From contig OY970303.1 in NCBI GenBank assembly GCA_963716255.1, positions 2,016,001-2,080,000 on the forward strand: a DNA stretch of 64,000 nucleotides, in the 5' to 3' direction. Positions within the stretch are counted from its first letter, which is position 1; the number at the start of each line of letters is the position of its first letter. Positions 26,684-36,046 of the stretch are shown piece after piece. The position numbers and the translations under genes were made by a program. The notes below the pieces were generated by a model. That model was not told the DNA's origin, did no database searches, and saw only the letters and a program-made list of their open reading frames with translations. This DNA comes from an uncultured Gemmatimonadales bacterium. Its GTDB lineage: Bacteria; Gemmatimonadota; Gemmatimonadetes; Longimicrobiales; Longimicrobiaceae.

Positions 26684-29503
26684 ATGGCGACCCAGCGCGT
26701 CCTCTGCTTCGAGGCCCCCACGCGGGAGGCGCTCGACCGCATCGCCTCCGACCCCGCCCCCGCGGGCGTCCCGTGCGGCCCGCCGCGCATCGACCTGTTC
26801 CGCGAGGTGTTCTACGACACCCCGGCCGGGGAGCTGGAGCGCCGCGGGATCCGGGTGTGCCTCCTCATCCGCGCCGACGGCGGGAGCACGCTGGCGGTGG
26901 AGGCGCGCGACCCCGCCGGGGAGGCCTCGCCCAAGCGCGCCGCCGCCGACCTGGACGCCTCCGACCCGCAGGAGGTCTTCGCCGGCGACTCCGAGCCGGC
27001 GCGGCTCCTCCGCGCCGCCATCGACCCCGCGCGCCTCGCCCCGCGGCTGGAGCTGGAGACCACCCGGCGCCTGCGCGACGTGGACCCCGACGGCCGCGGC
27101 GAGAGCGGCGCGACGCTGGCCTGCGACGCCACGGTGGCCCGGAGCGGGCGCGCCGCGGGCGAGCTCTACGGGGTGGTGCTGCGCATCCCCGACGGCGCGC
27201 TCCCCGACCTGGACGGCGTGGCCGGCGAGCTGGCCGGCGCCTTCGGGCTGCGCCCCACGGCCGAGGAGCTGCCGGGGCGCGCCCTGGTCCTGCTGGCGCA
27301 CCAGGGGCGGCGCCCGGGGGGCACCCCGCACGGCGACGCGGGCGCCTCCACCGCGCTCCACCCCGGGCAGAGGGCGGTGGGCGGCCGCGGCGCCGGGCCG
27401 ACCATGCTCCCCGCCAACGTGATCCCGGAGGGCGACGAGGACGGCGGGGCGGAGATCCCCCCCGGCTCGCTGCTCAACATGGAGCTGAGCACGCTGGCCT
27501 TCAACCGGCGCGTGCTGGTGCTCGCCGAGGACCCGCGCACCCCGCTGCTGGAGCGGGTGCGCTTCGTCTCCATCTTCGGCGCCAACCTGGACGAGTTCTT
27601 CCGCGTGCGGGTGGCCGGCTTCAAGCAGCAGGTGGCCGCCGGGAGCAGCAAGCGCACCATGGACGGCGCCACAGCGCGCGAGCAGCTGGACGTGATGCGC
27701 GCGCGGGCCGGCGACCTGGCCCGCCGCGCCTACGAGCTGCTGCACGACCGGCTCCTGCCGGAGCTGGCCGGGCACGGCATCCACGTCCTGTCCACGAACG
27801 CGCTGGTCGACGAGGAGCACGCGTACCTGCGCGGCTACTACCGCGAAAAGGTGCACCCGCTCCTCCTCCCGCTGGCGGCGGGGCCCGGGCACCCCTTCCC
27901 CCACATCCGCAACCTGCGCCCCGCCCTGGCCGTGCTGGCGCGCGACCCGCACGACGGCGAGAACCGCCTGTCCGTGCTGGCGCTCCCCGGCGAGCTGCCG
28001 CGGCTGGTCCCCCTCCCCGGCGGCGACCGCCTGGTGCCGCTGGAGGAGGTGGTCCGCGCCCACCTGCGCGAGGTGTACCCCGGCGCGGAGGTGGTGCACG
28101 CCTGCCTCTTCCGGGTCACCCGCAGCGCCGAGCTCCACGTCCCCAAGGGGGCCGCGGTGGAGGACCTGCTGCGCACGGTGGAGGAGGAGCTGGCCAAGCG
28201 CCCCTTCCGCCCGGTGGTGCGGCTGGAGGTGGAGCGGGGGATGGCGCCCGAGATCCGCCGGCTGCTGCTGCGCGAGCTGCGCTTCGACGCCCGCGACCAG
28301 CCCGCCGCCCTGGACGACGCCGACGTGGACGAGGTGGACGGGCTGATCGACCTGCGGGCGCTGCGCGAGGTCGGCGGGCTCCCCTACCCCGAGCTGCGCT
28401 ACCCCGCGTTCCGCAACCGCGACCCGCTGCAGGGCGCCGCCTCGGTCATGGCGGCGCTGTGGGAGCGCGAGGTGCTGGTCCACTTTCCCTACGACAGCTT
28501 CGAGGGAACGGTGGAGCGCTTCCTCCTGGAGGCCGCCGACGACCCCGACGTCGTCTCCATCCGGCTGGCGCTGTACCGCACCAACCGCTCGTCGCGCATC
28601 GTGGAGGCGCTGCGGCGCGCCAGCGACCGCGGCAAGGAGGTGGTGGCGCTGGTGGAGCTCACCGCGCGCTTCGACGAGCAGCGCAACGTGGAGTGGGCGC
28701 ACTACCTCCAGGCCTCCGGGATCCGCGTCGTCTACGGCGTCCCCGGGCAGAAGATCCACGCCAAGGTGGCGCTGGCGACCCGCCGCGAGGGCACCGGCGA
28801 GCGCCGCTACGTGTACATCGGCACCGGCAACCTGAACGCCGCCACCTCCGCCGCCTACACCGACTTGGGCGTCCTCAGCGCCGACCCCGCGCTGGCGGCG
28901 GACGCGGCGCACCTGTTCGCCCTGCTGGCCGGCGAGGAGAAGGAGCCCCGCTTCCACTCGCTGCTGGTGGCGCCCTTCAACATGCGCGAGCGCTTCCTGG
29001 AGATGATCGCGCGGGAAGCGGAGCACGCGCGCTACGGCCGCGGCGGGCACATCCGCGTCAAGGTCAACGGCCTGGCCGACCGCGAGATGATCGGCGCGCT
29101 GTACCGCGCCTCCCGCGCGGGGGTACGCGTGGAGCTGATCGTGCGCGGCATCTGCTGCCTGCGCCCCGGCGTTCCCGGGTACAGCGAGAACATCCGCGTG
29201 CTCAGCATCCTGGGCCGCTTCCTGGAGCACGCGCGCATCTTCCGCTTCCACAACGCCGGCGACCCCGAGTACTACATCGGCTCCGCCGACTGGCGCACCC
29301 GCAACCTCGCCACCCGCGTGGAAGTGGTCGCCCCCGTCGCCGACCCCGCCCACCGCGCGGAGCTGGACGCGATCCTGGAAGAGCAGCTCGACCATCCCGA
29401 CGCCTGGGAGCTGGGCTCGGACGGCTCGTACCACCGCCGGCCCGAAGCGCCCCCCCAGGCCGCAGACCCGAACGCGGGCCCCCGGCCCATGGACGTGACA
29501 TGA
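26684..29503 (+). CDS. ppk1: Polyphosphate kinase 1 with N-terminal CYTH-like domain
   Basis: N.ELS.L.FN.RVL, NLDEFF.VRVAG, ARFDE, KIHAK, GTGN, RFLEH.R and SADW..RNL motifs. Confidence 0.93.
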   Translation: MATQRVLCFEAPTREALDRIASDPAPAGVPCGPPRIDLFREVFYDTPAGELERRGIRVCLLIRADGGSTLAVEARDPAGEASPKRAAADLDASDPQEVFAGDSEPARLLRAAIDPARLAPRLELETTRRLRDVDPDGRGESGATLACDATVARSGRAAGELYGVVLRIPDGALPDLDGVAGELAGAFGLRPTAEELPGRALVLLAHQGRRPGGTPHGDAGASTALHPGQRAVGGRGAGPTMLPANVIPEGDEDGGAEIPPGSLLNMELSTLAFNRRVLVLAEDPRTPLLERVRFVSIFGANLDEFFRVRVAGFKQQVAAGSSKRTMDGATAREQLDVMRARAGDLARRAYELLHDRLLPELAGHGIHVLSTNALVDEEHAYLRGYYREKVHPLLLPLAAGPGHPFPHIRNLRPALAVLARDPHDGENRLSVLALPGELPRLVPLPGGDRLVPLEEVVRAHLREVYPGAEVVHACLFRVTRSAELHVPKGAAVEDLLRTVEEELAKRPFRPVVRLEVERGMAPEIRRLLLRELRFDARDQPAALDDADVDEVDGLIDLRALREVGGLPYPELRYPAFRNRDPLQGAASVMAALWEREVLVHFPYDSFEGTVERFLLEAADDPDVVSIRLALYRTNRSSRIVEALRRASDRGKEVVALVELTARFDEQRNVEWAHYLQASGIRVVYGVPGQKIHAKVALATRREGTGERRYVYIGTGNLNAATSAAYTDLGVLSADPALAADAAHLFALLAGEEKEPRFHSLLVAPFNMRERFLEMIAREAEHARYGRGGHIRVKVNGLADREMIGALYRASRAGVRVELIVRGICCLRPGVPGYSENIRVLSILGRFLEHARIFRFHNAGDPEYYIGSADWRTRNLATRVEVVAPVADPAHRAELDAILEEQLDHPDAWELGSDGSYHRRPEAPPQAADPNAGPRPMDVT

Positions 29504-30408
29504 TGGACCCCGCGCGCATCCCGCGGCGCCACGGCGCCGCCCTGCTCCTCCTGGCCGCGGCGGCGTGCGCCCCCGGCGAGGTCCCCGGCGCCGCGGCGGC
29601 GGCCGAGACCTGCCAGGTGGTGGAGCGCTCCGTCCCCCTCCCGGACGACGTCGCCGAGACCAGCGGCCTGGCCGAGAGCCGCGTCCGCCCCGGCATCTTC
29701 TGGACGCACAACGACTCCGGCGGCGACCCGGTGCTGTACGCCGTGAACGCCGGCGGACAGCTCCTGGGGACCGTGCGGGTGACCGGCGCCGAGGCAAAAG
29801 ACTGGGAGGACATCGCCGTGGGCCCCTGCCCCGCCGGGAGCTGCATCTACATCGGCGACACCGGCGACAACGACGGCAAGCGCAAGGACGTGGAGGTGTA
29901 CCGCGTCCCCGAGCCCGCCCCCACCGCGGCGGCCACCGCCCCGGCCGAGCGCTTCAAGCTGCGCTATCCCCAGCAGGCCCGCGACTCCGAAGCGCTGTTC
30001 GTGCTCCCCGACGGCACCCTGTACCTGGTCACCAAGGGGCGCCGCAACCCCGTGGAGCTGTTCCGCGCCGCCGCGCCGCTGCGCGCCGGCACCACCACCG
30101 TGCTCCAGCGGGTCTCGGGGCTCAGCTCCAGCGAGCCGGGGAGGATCAACCAGGTCACCGGCGCCGCGGCCACGCCGGACGGGCGCCGCGTGGCGGTGCG
30201 CACCTACACCGGGCTGTACATCTTCCGCACCGCCGAGCTGCTCTCCGGCGACGAGCCCGCGGCCGAGCGGGTGGACCTGGCGCCGCTCGCCGAGCCCCAG
30301 GGGGAGGCCGTGGAGATCCGCAGCGACGGCACCGTGTTCCTGACCAGCGAGTCTCCGGGGAAGGGGGAGCCCGCGGTGCTGTCGCAGCTGTCGTGCAGCA
30401 TGCAATGA
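29500..30408 (+). CDS. Beta-propeller-like lipoprotein (SdiA-regulated/phytase-like)
   Basis: Lipobox AAAC; ETSGL, WTHNDSG, DWEDIA, GDTGDN, DSEAL and QGEAV motifs; ATGA coupling to ppk1. Confidence 0.7.
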   Translation: MMDPARIPRRHGAALLLLAAAACAPGEVPGAAAAAETCQVVERSVPLPDDVAETSGLAESRVRPGIFWTHNDSGGDPVLYAVNAGGQLLGTVRVTGAEAKDWEDIAVGPCPAGSCIYIGDTGDNDGKRKDVEVYRVPEPAPTAAATAPAERFKLRYPQQARDSEALFVLPDGTLYLVTKGRRNPVELFRAAAPLRAGTTTVLQRVSGLSSSEPGRINQVTGAAATPDGRRVAVRTYTGLYIFRTAELLSGDEPAAERVDLAPLAEPQGEAVEIRSDGTVFLTSESPGKGEPAVLSQLSCSMQ

Positions 30409-30434
30409 GGCGAGTTGCTCTGAACTGCGGGGTT

Positions 30435-30563
30435 GGGCGTGCCCCCGGCTGGCGCCGGGGTCGGGCTTCGGCTCCGTAAGCCAGCAAACAACGCTGGCTA
30501 ACGGAGTCGAGCCCCGCGAAACTGCCCGCGGGTCTCGCCCCTTCGGGCCGTAATCCCTCACGC
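30435..30563 (+). repeat. R1 copy 8
   Basis: Inner stem AGCCAGC/GCTGGCT. Confidence 0.97.
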
Positions 30564-30572
30564 AACAGCTTG

Positions 30573-30654
30573 CCCGTACTCAATTTCCAACAGTTGTCCC
30601 CTCTCCCGGAATCGGGAGAGGGTGGCGGCTCTAAGGCCGCCGGGTGAGGGCCCT
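30573..30654 (+). repeat. R2 REP-like repeat
   Basis: CCCTCTCCCG-GAAT-CGGGAGAGGGTGGCGGCTCTAAGGCCGCCGGGTGAGGGCCCT. Confidence 0.85.
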
Positions 30655-30657
30655 GCG

Positions 30658-30697
30658 AAAGGCGCCCCCGCCGGGATCTCCCGGCGGGGGCGCCTTT
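30658..30697. terminator. R3 hairpin, probable bidirectional terminator
   Basis: AAAGGCGCCCCCGCCGGG-ATCT-CCCGGCGGGGGCGCCTTT, a perfect stem between convergent genes. Confidence 0.75.
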
Positions 30698-30739
30698 CAG
30701 CGTATTTCATACTCCGTAGTGCCGTTCAGCCTCGGCGGG

Positions 30740-31507
30740 TCAGCGCAGCACCGACATAGGCTTCTGCATGACCGGCTCCAGCAGGCTCCCCACCTCGATG
30801 CCGCGCCGGGCGAGCCGCATCCGCTTCAGGGCCAGCCACAGCATGGTGATGTGCGAGAGCACCAGGGCCACCTGCACCAGCTTCAGGCTGGGGGTCCAGG
30901 CACCCTCCACACGGATCCAGACGAGGGCGGCGTACGAGATGACGTTCAGGCTGATGGCGATCGCGTACACCAGCATCGCCAGCCACAGGTAGCGGTCCAT
31001 CGCGTCCATGACCAGCGCGACCAGGAGCGCGGAGAACAGCACGATGAGCTCCAGCACGTTCGCCGAGGCGGTGGACGAATAGAACCTGGCGGAAACAAAG
31101 CTTCCCTCGTTCCACCCCAGGATCCCGCCCGCCGCCATCGCCAGGACCAGGAACACGACACCGCCGGCAACCAGGCGCCGCTCGAAGCGGGCGATCCACG
31201 GCAGAGAGCAAAGCAGCAGCCCGAGTCCCACCATCAGAAAGGTACGGCTCTGGGTGAACGCGGGGTTCGAGCGCAGGAACGCGTCCCACACCGGTGTCCC
31301 CTTGCCGGCGGAGTACGCCCAGGGAGCGAACAGGCACAGCTGCCCCACCGCGTTGACGCCGCCGATCACGAAGGTGATGCCCGTGAGCTGCCAGGCCAGG
31401 CGATGGACGCGGGCACCCGGGAGCTCCCGCGCCCCGACCAGCAGGATCGCGGTCCCGGCGAGGAGCTTCGCGAGCGCCCATACGATTTGGAGCGCGAGGA
31501 CGATCAC
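30740..31507 (-). CDS. Hypothetical 7-TM membrane protein
   Basis: Seven hydrophobic segments; GTG start with GAGG RBS. Confidence 0.75.
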   Translation of the reverse strand: MIVLALQIVWALAKLLAGTAILLVGARELPGARVHRLAWQLTGITFVIGGVNAVGQLCLFAPWAYSAGKGTPVWDAFLRSNPAFTQSRTFLMVGLGLLLCSLPWIARFERRLVAGGVVFLVLAMAAGGILGWNEGSFVSARFYSSTASANVLELIVLFSALLVALVMDAMDRYLWLAMLVYAIAISLNVISYAALVWIRVEGAWTPSLKLVQVALVLSHITMLWLALKRMRLARRGIEVGSLLEPVMQKPMSVLR

Positions 31508-31662
31508 TGCTTGCCACCTCTGGAATGGACCGGCGGCCCGCCGCCCGGGCAGCCGTTCACGGTGACCTGTCGAAAAACGGGGGCCGGCATGCCGGCAGGA
31601 CAAGGTCCCCCGGCGGGAGGAGCGCCGAGCTCACCCTCCGGCGGGGGACCCGCACCCGGGGG

Positions 31663-32073
31663 TCAGCCGCCGATGGGCGAGCTGGGATCGTTGGGATCGT
31701 CGCAGTCCGGCGGGCAGGTGCCCACGCCGTTCACCGACTCGAACGTTTCCACCGCCATGGTGTTGCCGCCCCAGCCCGGCTGGTGGCCCTCCGGGTACAT
31801 CTCCACCACCACCCGCGCGACGTGGTGCTTGGGATCGTTGATCACCAGCTCGATGTCGCGGTTGTGGTCGCCGCCCTTGAGCTTGATCACGTGGCTCTTG
31901 GGGTGCTTCGCGCCCTTCTTGAAGACGTGCTTGCCCTCCAGCTTGTACAGCTCCTGCTCTTCCGCCTTCTCACCGTGCTTGGTGATGGCGCAGCGGCTGG
32001 CGAACGCGGGATGAAAGGTGACCTCGTAACCGTCCTTGGTCACGGTCTTGTGCTCTTTGTGGTTGTCGGACAT
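31663..32073 (-). CDS. Hypothetical His/Lys-rich protein with CPPDC near the C-terminus
   Basis: 136 aa ORF with coding-like third-position GC bias; no signal peptide. Confidence 0.75.
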   Translation of the reverse strand: MSDNHKEHKTVTKDGYEVTFHPAFASRCAITKHGEKAEEQELYKLEGKHVFKKGAKHPKSHVIKLKGGDHNRDIELVINDPKHHVARVVVEMYPEGHQPGWGGNTMAVETFESVNGVGTCPPDCDDPNDPSSPIGG

Positions 32074-32220
32074 GGAGATCTCCGGATCTGTGGAGGTAGG
32101 AGGTACTGCGGAGGAAAACAAAGTGCGGCTCCCGCCACGGAAACGCAAGGGCGAAAAGTCTTTTGGGCCGTGACTATCCGCCAGCGCGTGCATGCACGCG
32201 GCACCCGTCCACGAAGCAGC

Positions 32221-32251
32221 GGGGAGGGCCCCCGCGCGAAGGGCCCTCCCC
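32221..32251. terminator. Hairpin, possible terminator
   Basis: GGGGAGGGCCC-loop-GGGCCCTCCCC downstream of the minus-strand gene ending at 32300. Confidence 0.45.
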
Positions 32252-32299
32252 GTTTCACCTGTGCCTGCAACCCCGCACCGGGCGAGCGGCAGCTCCGTG

Positions 32300-32581
32300 T
32301 CAGCCGGACGGGAGGCGCCCCTGGCGGATGTGCCGGGCGCCCGCGGCCACCCCGGCGCCCACACCCGCCCCGAAGAGCACGGCGGTGCCGAGGCCGATGA
32401 GGGGGAGGAGCGCCACGACCGGGACGGCCACGGCCGCCGCCGCGGCGCCGGCCAGCACCGGCACGCCCGCGCCCTGCACGGCATCCACGAAGCGCAGCTT
32501 GCGGCGCACGAAGGCGCGCGCCTGGTAGAATCCGGCCGCGGTGCTCGCGCCGGTGATCGCAAGGCCGATGATTTCCAGCAT
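32300..32581 (-). CDS. Small membrane protein
   Basis: AGGA RBS; hydrophobic segments; ARAFVRRKLRFVDAV. Confidence 0.65.
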   Translation of the reverse strand: MLEIIGLAITGASTAAGFYQARAFVRRKLRFVDAVQGAGVPVLAGAAAAAVAVPVVALLPLIGLGTAVLFGAGVGAGVAAGARHIRQGRLPSG

Positions 32582-32816
32582 GTGCGTGTCCTGTTCGAGG
32601 AGGTGACGACCTGATGTCTCTACGCGCCGGCACCGCTCCGGGTTTCGCGCCGGGCGGCTGGACCCGGAGCTTCCCGTGCGCGCACGACGCAGGCCAGCCC
32701 ATCCGAGGACCCCTTCCGGGAGAGGCACGGACGAGGTCGGCGGGCTGACGGAGCCGCGCGCAGTTGGACAGGGTGCTGCACCGCCTGTCCTGCGGCGGCC
32801 GCGCCGCCCTGGTCCG

Positions 32817-33485
32817 CTACCCGTCCGAGCCGGCGGACGGCGGACGCGGGCGGCGCATGCACCAGGTGGTCATGCAGCGGAGCCCGCCCACGTTCACCGT
32901 GCGGAGCGGCTCCACCGCTTCGCCGCCCAGCCGGGCGGCGGCGGCGGCCAGCATGGCCCCGTCCGCCAGGAAGCGCTCCGTGCCGTCCGGGAGGAGGAAG
33001 CGCCGCCCGCCCAGCGGGCGCACCCGGTCCTCGATCCCCATGTCCGTGGCGAGCCGCACGAAGAACAGTCCTCCCGGGCGCAGCACGCGCCACATCTCCG
33101 CCAGCATGGCGTCGAAGTGCTCCGGGTCGCGGGCAAAGTGCAGCACCGCGCTGCTGAGCACCGCGTCGAACGACGCGTCGGCGAAGGAGGTGCGCTCCAC
33201 CGGCTCCACCCGGAAGCCGCCCGCGGGGAGTGCCGGGGCGAGCTCCGCGGCCAGGCGGCGCACCTCCTCCACCGCCCCGGGGGCCAGGTCCACGGCGCAC
33301 ACCTCGAACCCCGCGCGCAGCAGGTAGGCCAGGTTGCGCCCGCGTCCGCACCCCGCGTCCAGCACCCGCATCCCCGGGGCGAGGCGTCCCTTGAGGATCT
33401 GGTCGAACAGGTACACGTCGATGTCGCCCAGCCAGGCGCGCAGCTCCGCGGGCGACGGCGCCGAGCGTACCGGTCCCCCGCTCAC
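32817..33485 (-). CDS. Class I SAM-dependent methyltransferase
   Basis: VLDAGCGRGRN, FDAVLSSAVLHF and RVLRPGG motifs. Confidence 0.9.
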   Translation of the reverse strand: MSGGPVRSAPSPAELRAWLGDIDVYLFDQILKGRLAPGMRVLDAGCGRGRNLAYLLRAGFEVCAVDLAPGAVEEVRRLAAELAPALPAGGFRVEPVERTSFADASFDAVLSSAVLHFARDPEHFDAMLAEMWRVLRPGGLFFVRLATDMGIEDRVRPLGGRRFLLPDGTERFLADGAMLAAAAARLGGEAVEPLRTVNVGGLRCMTTWCMRRPRPPSAGSDG

Positions 33486-33489
33486 AGCC

Positions 33490-34623
33490 TCATCCCCCCG
33501 CGGAGCCGGCCAGGGAAAACAGGTCGGCGTAGACGCACCCGCCCGGCGCCTTGCGCGCCTCGGACGGGGAGTCGTACACCACCAGAACCGCCGTGTCGCG
33601 GCCGGGCGCGCGGAACAGCGTGATCCCCTCCGCGTGGTCCACCCCGTCGCCGTGGGGCACGTGCATCACCTTTTCCAGCCGCTCCCCCCGCACCAGCGAC
33701 TCTCCTTCCGGCGCGGCGCCTCCCTTCCAGCGGCACAGGACGACCGGCCCGCTCAGCGCCAGGGTGGGACCGGCGAGCAGCAGCAGGTCCGGCCCGTCGG
33801 TGGACAGCTCGCGGATCCCCAGCCCCCCCACGTCCAGGAAGTGCTTGCGGTACCGGCGCCCGCCCGGGCCGATCTTCTTCAGCCTGAGCAGCCCCGGCTC
33901 GTCCGTCTCCGCCGGCTCCACCTCCAGCAGCACCGCCCAGCCGCGCAGCACCGGTCCGCGCAGCCCCAGGAAGACGCGGTCCCCCGCCACCGTGAGCCCT
34001 TCCACGTTGAAGCCGTTGTCCTTGTCCGGCAGTCCCATGAAGGGGGAAAGGTGCGGATCGTCCGCGAGCGACTTCATCAGCTGGCTGCGGCGGCCGTCGC
34101 CCCTGACCCGCGCGGCGGTCAGCGTCCGCAACGGGTCCGCCGGGTCGGCGCAGCTCCGCACCGGCGTGTACCCGCCGGTAGCGGCGTCGCGGGACAGCGG
34201 CACCCGGGCAAGAAGGTAGCGGTTGGGCTCATACACGGACTTCGCCAGCCGGGCGATCTCCTTCGCCGGGTCGTCCGCCTCCGGGTCGGGCTTCCTGCGC
34301 TTCACCCCGTGCGAGCCCGTGATCCACAGGTACGGCTCGCGGTACTCCATCCCCTCCACGTCCACCTCCGCGTCCCCGCTCGGGAGGTCCAGCAGCTCCG
34401 CCAGCGGAAACGCGCCGTCCTGCCGGAAGCGGTCCTGCCCCACGGTCATGCGGATCAGCCCGGCGCCCTCGTCCGTGGCGACGAAAAGGTTGGGGCCCAC
34501 CCGCACGCCCACCGACAGCCCGTCGCGGACATCCTTGCCGTCGGAGAGCGGGGTCGTCACGTCGCCGAAGTCCAGGAGGACGCGGCGCGGGGTCGCGGGC
34601 CTTTCCGAGCCGAAGATCTGCAC
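33490..34623 (-). CDS. DUF3616-like beta-propeller protein
   Basis: EVDVEG, LWITGSH, KDNGFNVEGL, LGLRGPVLRG and HAEGI motifs; GTG start with GGAGG RBS. Confidence 0.75.
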   Translation of the reverse strand: MQIFGSERPATPRRVLLDFGDVTTPLSDGKDVRDGLSVGVRVGPNLFVATDEGAGLIRMTVGQDRFRQDGAFPLAELLDLPSGDAEVDVEGMEYREPYLWITGSHGVKRRKPDPEADDPAKEIARLAKSVYEPNRYLLARVPLSRDAATGGYTPVRSCADPADPLRTLTAARVRGDGRRSQLMKSLADDPHLSPFMGLPDKDNGFNVEGLTVAGDRVFLGLRGPVLRGWAVLLEVEPAETDEPGLLRLKKIGPGGRRYRKHFLDVGGLGIRELSTDGPDLLLLAGPTLALSGPVVLCRWKGGAAPEGESLVRGERLEKVMHVPHGDGVDHAEGITLFRAPGRDTAVLVVYDSPSEARKAPGGCVYADLFSLAGSAGG

Positions 34624-34718
34624 CGTCGCCTCCGGGGCACTGGGTGGGGGCACTGTCCGTTCGCGTCTCAACACGAACCGTGCCGGGTGGAGACGAACTG
34701 GCCTTCAACGGCTGGTTT

Positions 34719-34844
34719 GGGCGTGCCCCCGGCTGGCGCCGGGGTCGGGCTTCGGCTCCGTAGGGCTGCAAACAACGCAGCCCAACGGAGTCGAGCCCCG
34801 CAAACTGCGCGGGTCTCGCCCCTTCGGGCCGAAATCCCTCACGC
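34719..34844 (+). repeat. R1 copy 9
   Basis: Inner stem GGGCTGC/GCAGCCC. Confidence 0.97.
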
Positions 34845-34847
34845 GAT

Positions 34848-34897
34848 GGGCCCCCTCCCCCCGGCCCCCTCCCCCGCAAGCGGGAGAGGGGGAGAAC
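34848..34897 (+). repeat. R2-related REP-like repeat
   Basis: CCCCTCCCCCGC-AA-GCGGGAGAGGGGGAGAAC; similar to 40359-40398 and to the reverse of 56096-56157. Confidence 0.7.
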
Positions 34898-35210
34898 TAC
34901 GACGACACGGCTGCTGCCGTTGTCGTTGGGATCTGCGCCGGGAGGTCGGGGGAGGGTCCGCAAACGGTGCGTTTGTTCGAAGCCAGCGTGGTCCCGCCCC
35001 TCGCTCGGGCGGTGGGCGAGTGCTCTGCGAGTCCCTTCGGGTGTCGCACTGCCGGAGGAGCCTGCCCCGGCCGACCACAAACACCAGAGCCCGCCGAAGC
35101 GCGCCGTCGTTGCAGGCGCCGGGCAAAAGCTCCGGAACGCGAAGAAGGGCCGCCGCAGCGACCCTATTTCACAACCACGGACGGGGCTCAGCGTCACCGC
35201 GTCAGTGCGG

Positions 35211-35987
35211 TTACGCGGCGGCAGCCTCGCGGCGCACGGCGAGCCAGCCGCGCAGGCGGAAGACGACGATCGCGGCCGCTCCCGCCAGCATCGCCCAGCC
35301 GAAGACCAGGTCCATCGCGCCGGAGCGGCCGGCCTCCTTCACCACCTGGTCGAAGGGCATGGGGGAGATCACGAAGGGAGCTCCCTCCGGCGCGTCCAGC
35401 ACCGGCTGGCCCTCCACCATCTTCACCGTGCCGTGGATGGTCACCTCCTGGAGCTGGCCGATGGCGCGCACCGACAGGTCCGCGTCGCCGCGGTCCGGCA
35501 GGCCGGCGAACACGTCCGTGGGCACCAGCGACGACGCCCCGGCGGGGAGCCGGCCGCCCGCGCCCATCCGGCCGCTGAAGCGCTCGGGGACGAAGCGCAG
35601 GTCCACCGCGTCCGGGACGATCCCCACCGCCTCGTCGCCGTCCACCGCGATCAGCGTGGTGGGCGCGTACTGCGCGAAGTCGGTGATCGTCTCGTCCTCG
35701 CGGTCCGCACCCACCCCGGACGATTCCTCGTGCGTGACGGTGACCGCCTGGAAGGCCAGCGCCTCGCCGCCGGGCGCCCGGAGCGCCGGCACGCCCCGCA
35801 GCTTCGCCTTCACCCGCACGTTCCTGTCCGCGTGCGCCGCCAGCTCCGACAGCTTCACCACCGGCGCCTCCGACAGCCTGCGCTCTCCGGAGCCGGAGGC
35901 GAGCAGGTTCGTGCCGAACACCGCCAGCAGCAGCACCACCCCCGCCGTCAGCAGGAAACCGAGCACGCCGCCCATCATCTTCTTCAT
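35211..35987 (-). CDS. Hypothetical membrane protein (N- and C-terminal TM helices)
   Basis: GAGGG RBS; two TM helices flanking a soluble domain. Confidence 0.65.
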   Translation of the reverse strand: MKKMMGGVLGFLLTAGVVLLLAVFGTNLLASGSGERRLSEAPVVKLSELAAHADRNVRVKAKLRGVPALRAPGGEALAFQAVTVTHEESSGVGADREDETITDFAQYAPTTLIAVDGDEAVGIVPDAVDLRFVPERFSGRMGAGGRLPAGASSLVPTDVFAGLPDRGDADLSVRAIGQLQEVTIHGTVKMVEGQPVLDAPEGAPFVISPMPFDQVVKEAGRSGAMDLVFGWAMLAGAAAIVVFRLRGWLAVRREAAAA

Positions 35988-36046
35988 CGTACGTTCCCTC
36001 AAGGTGAAGTTCCCGCGCGGGCGCCCTCCGCCCGCGGCGCACCGCC

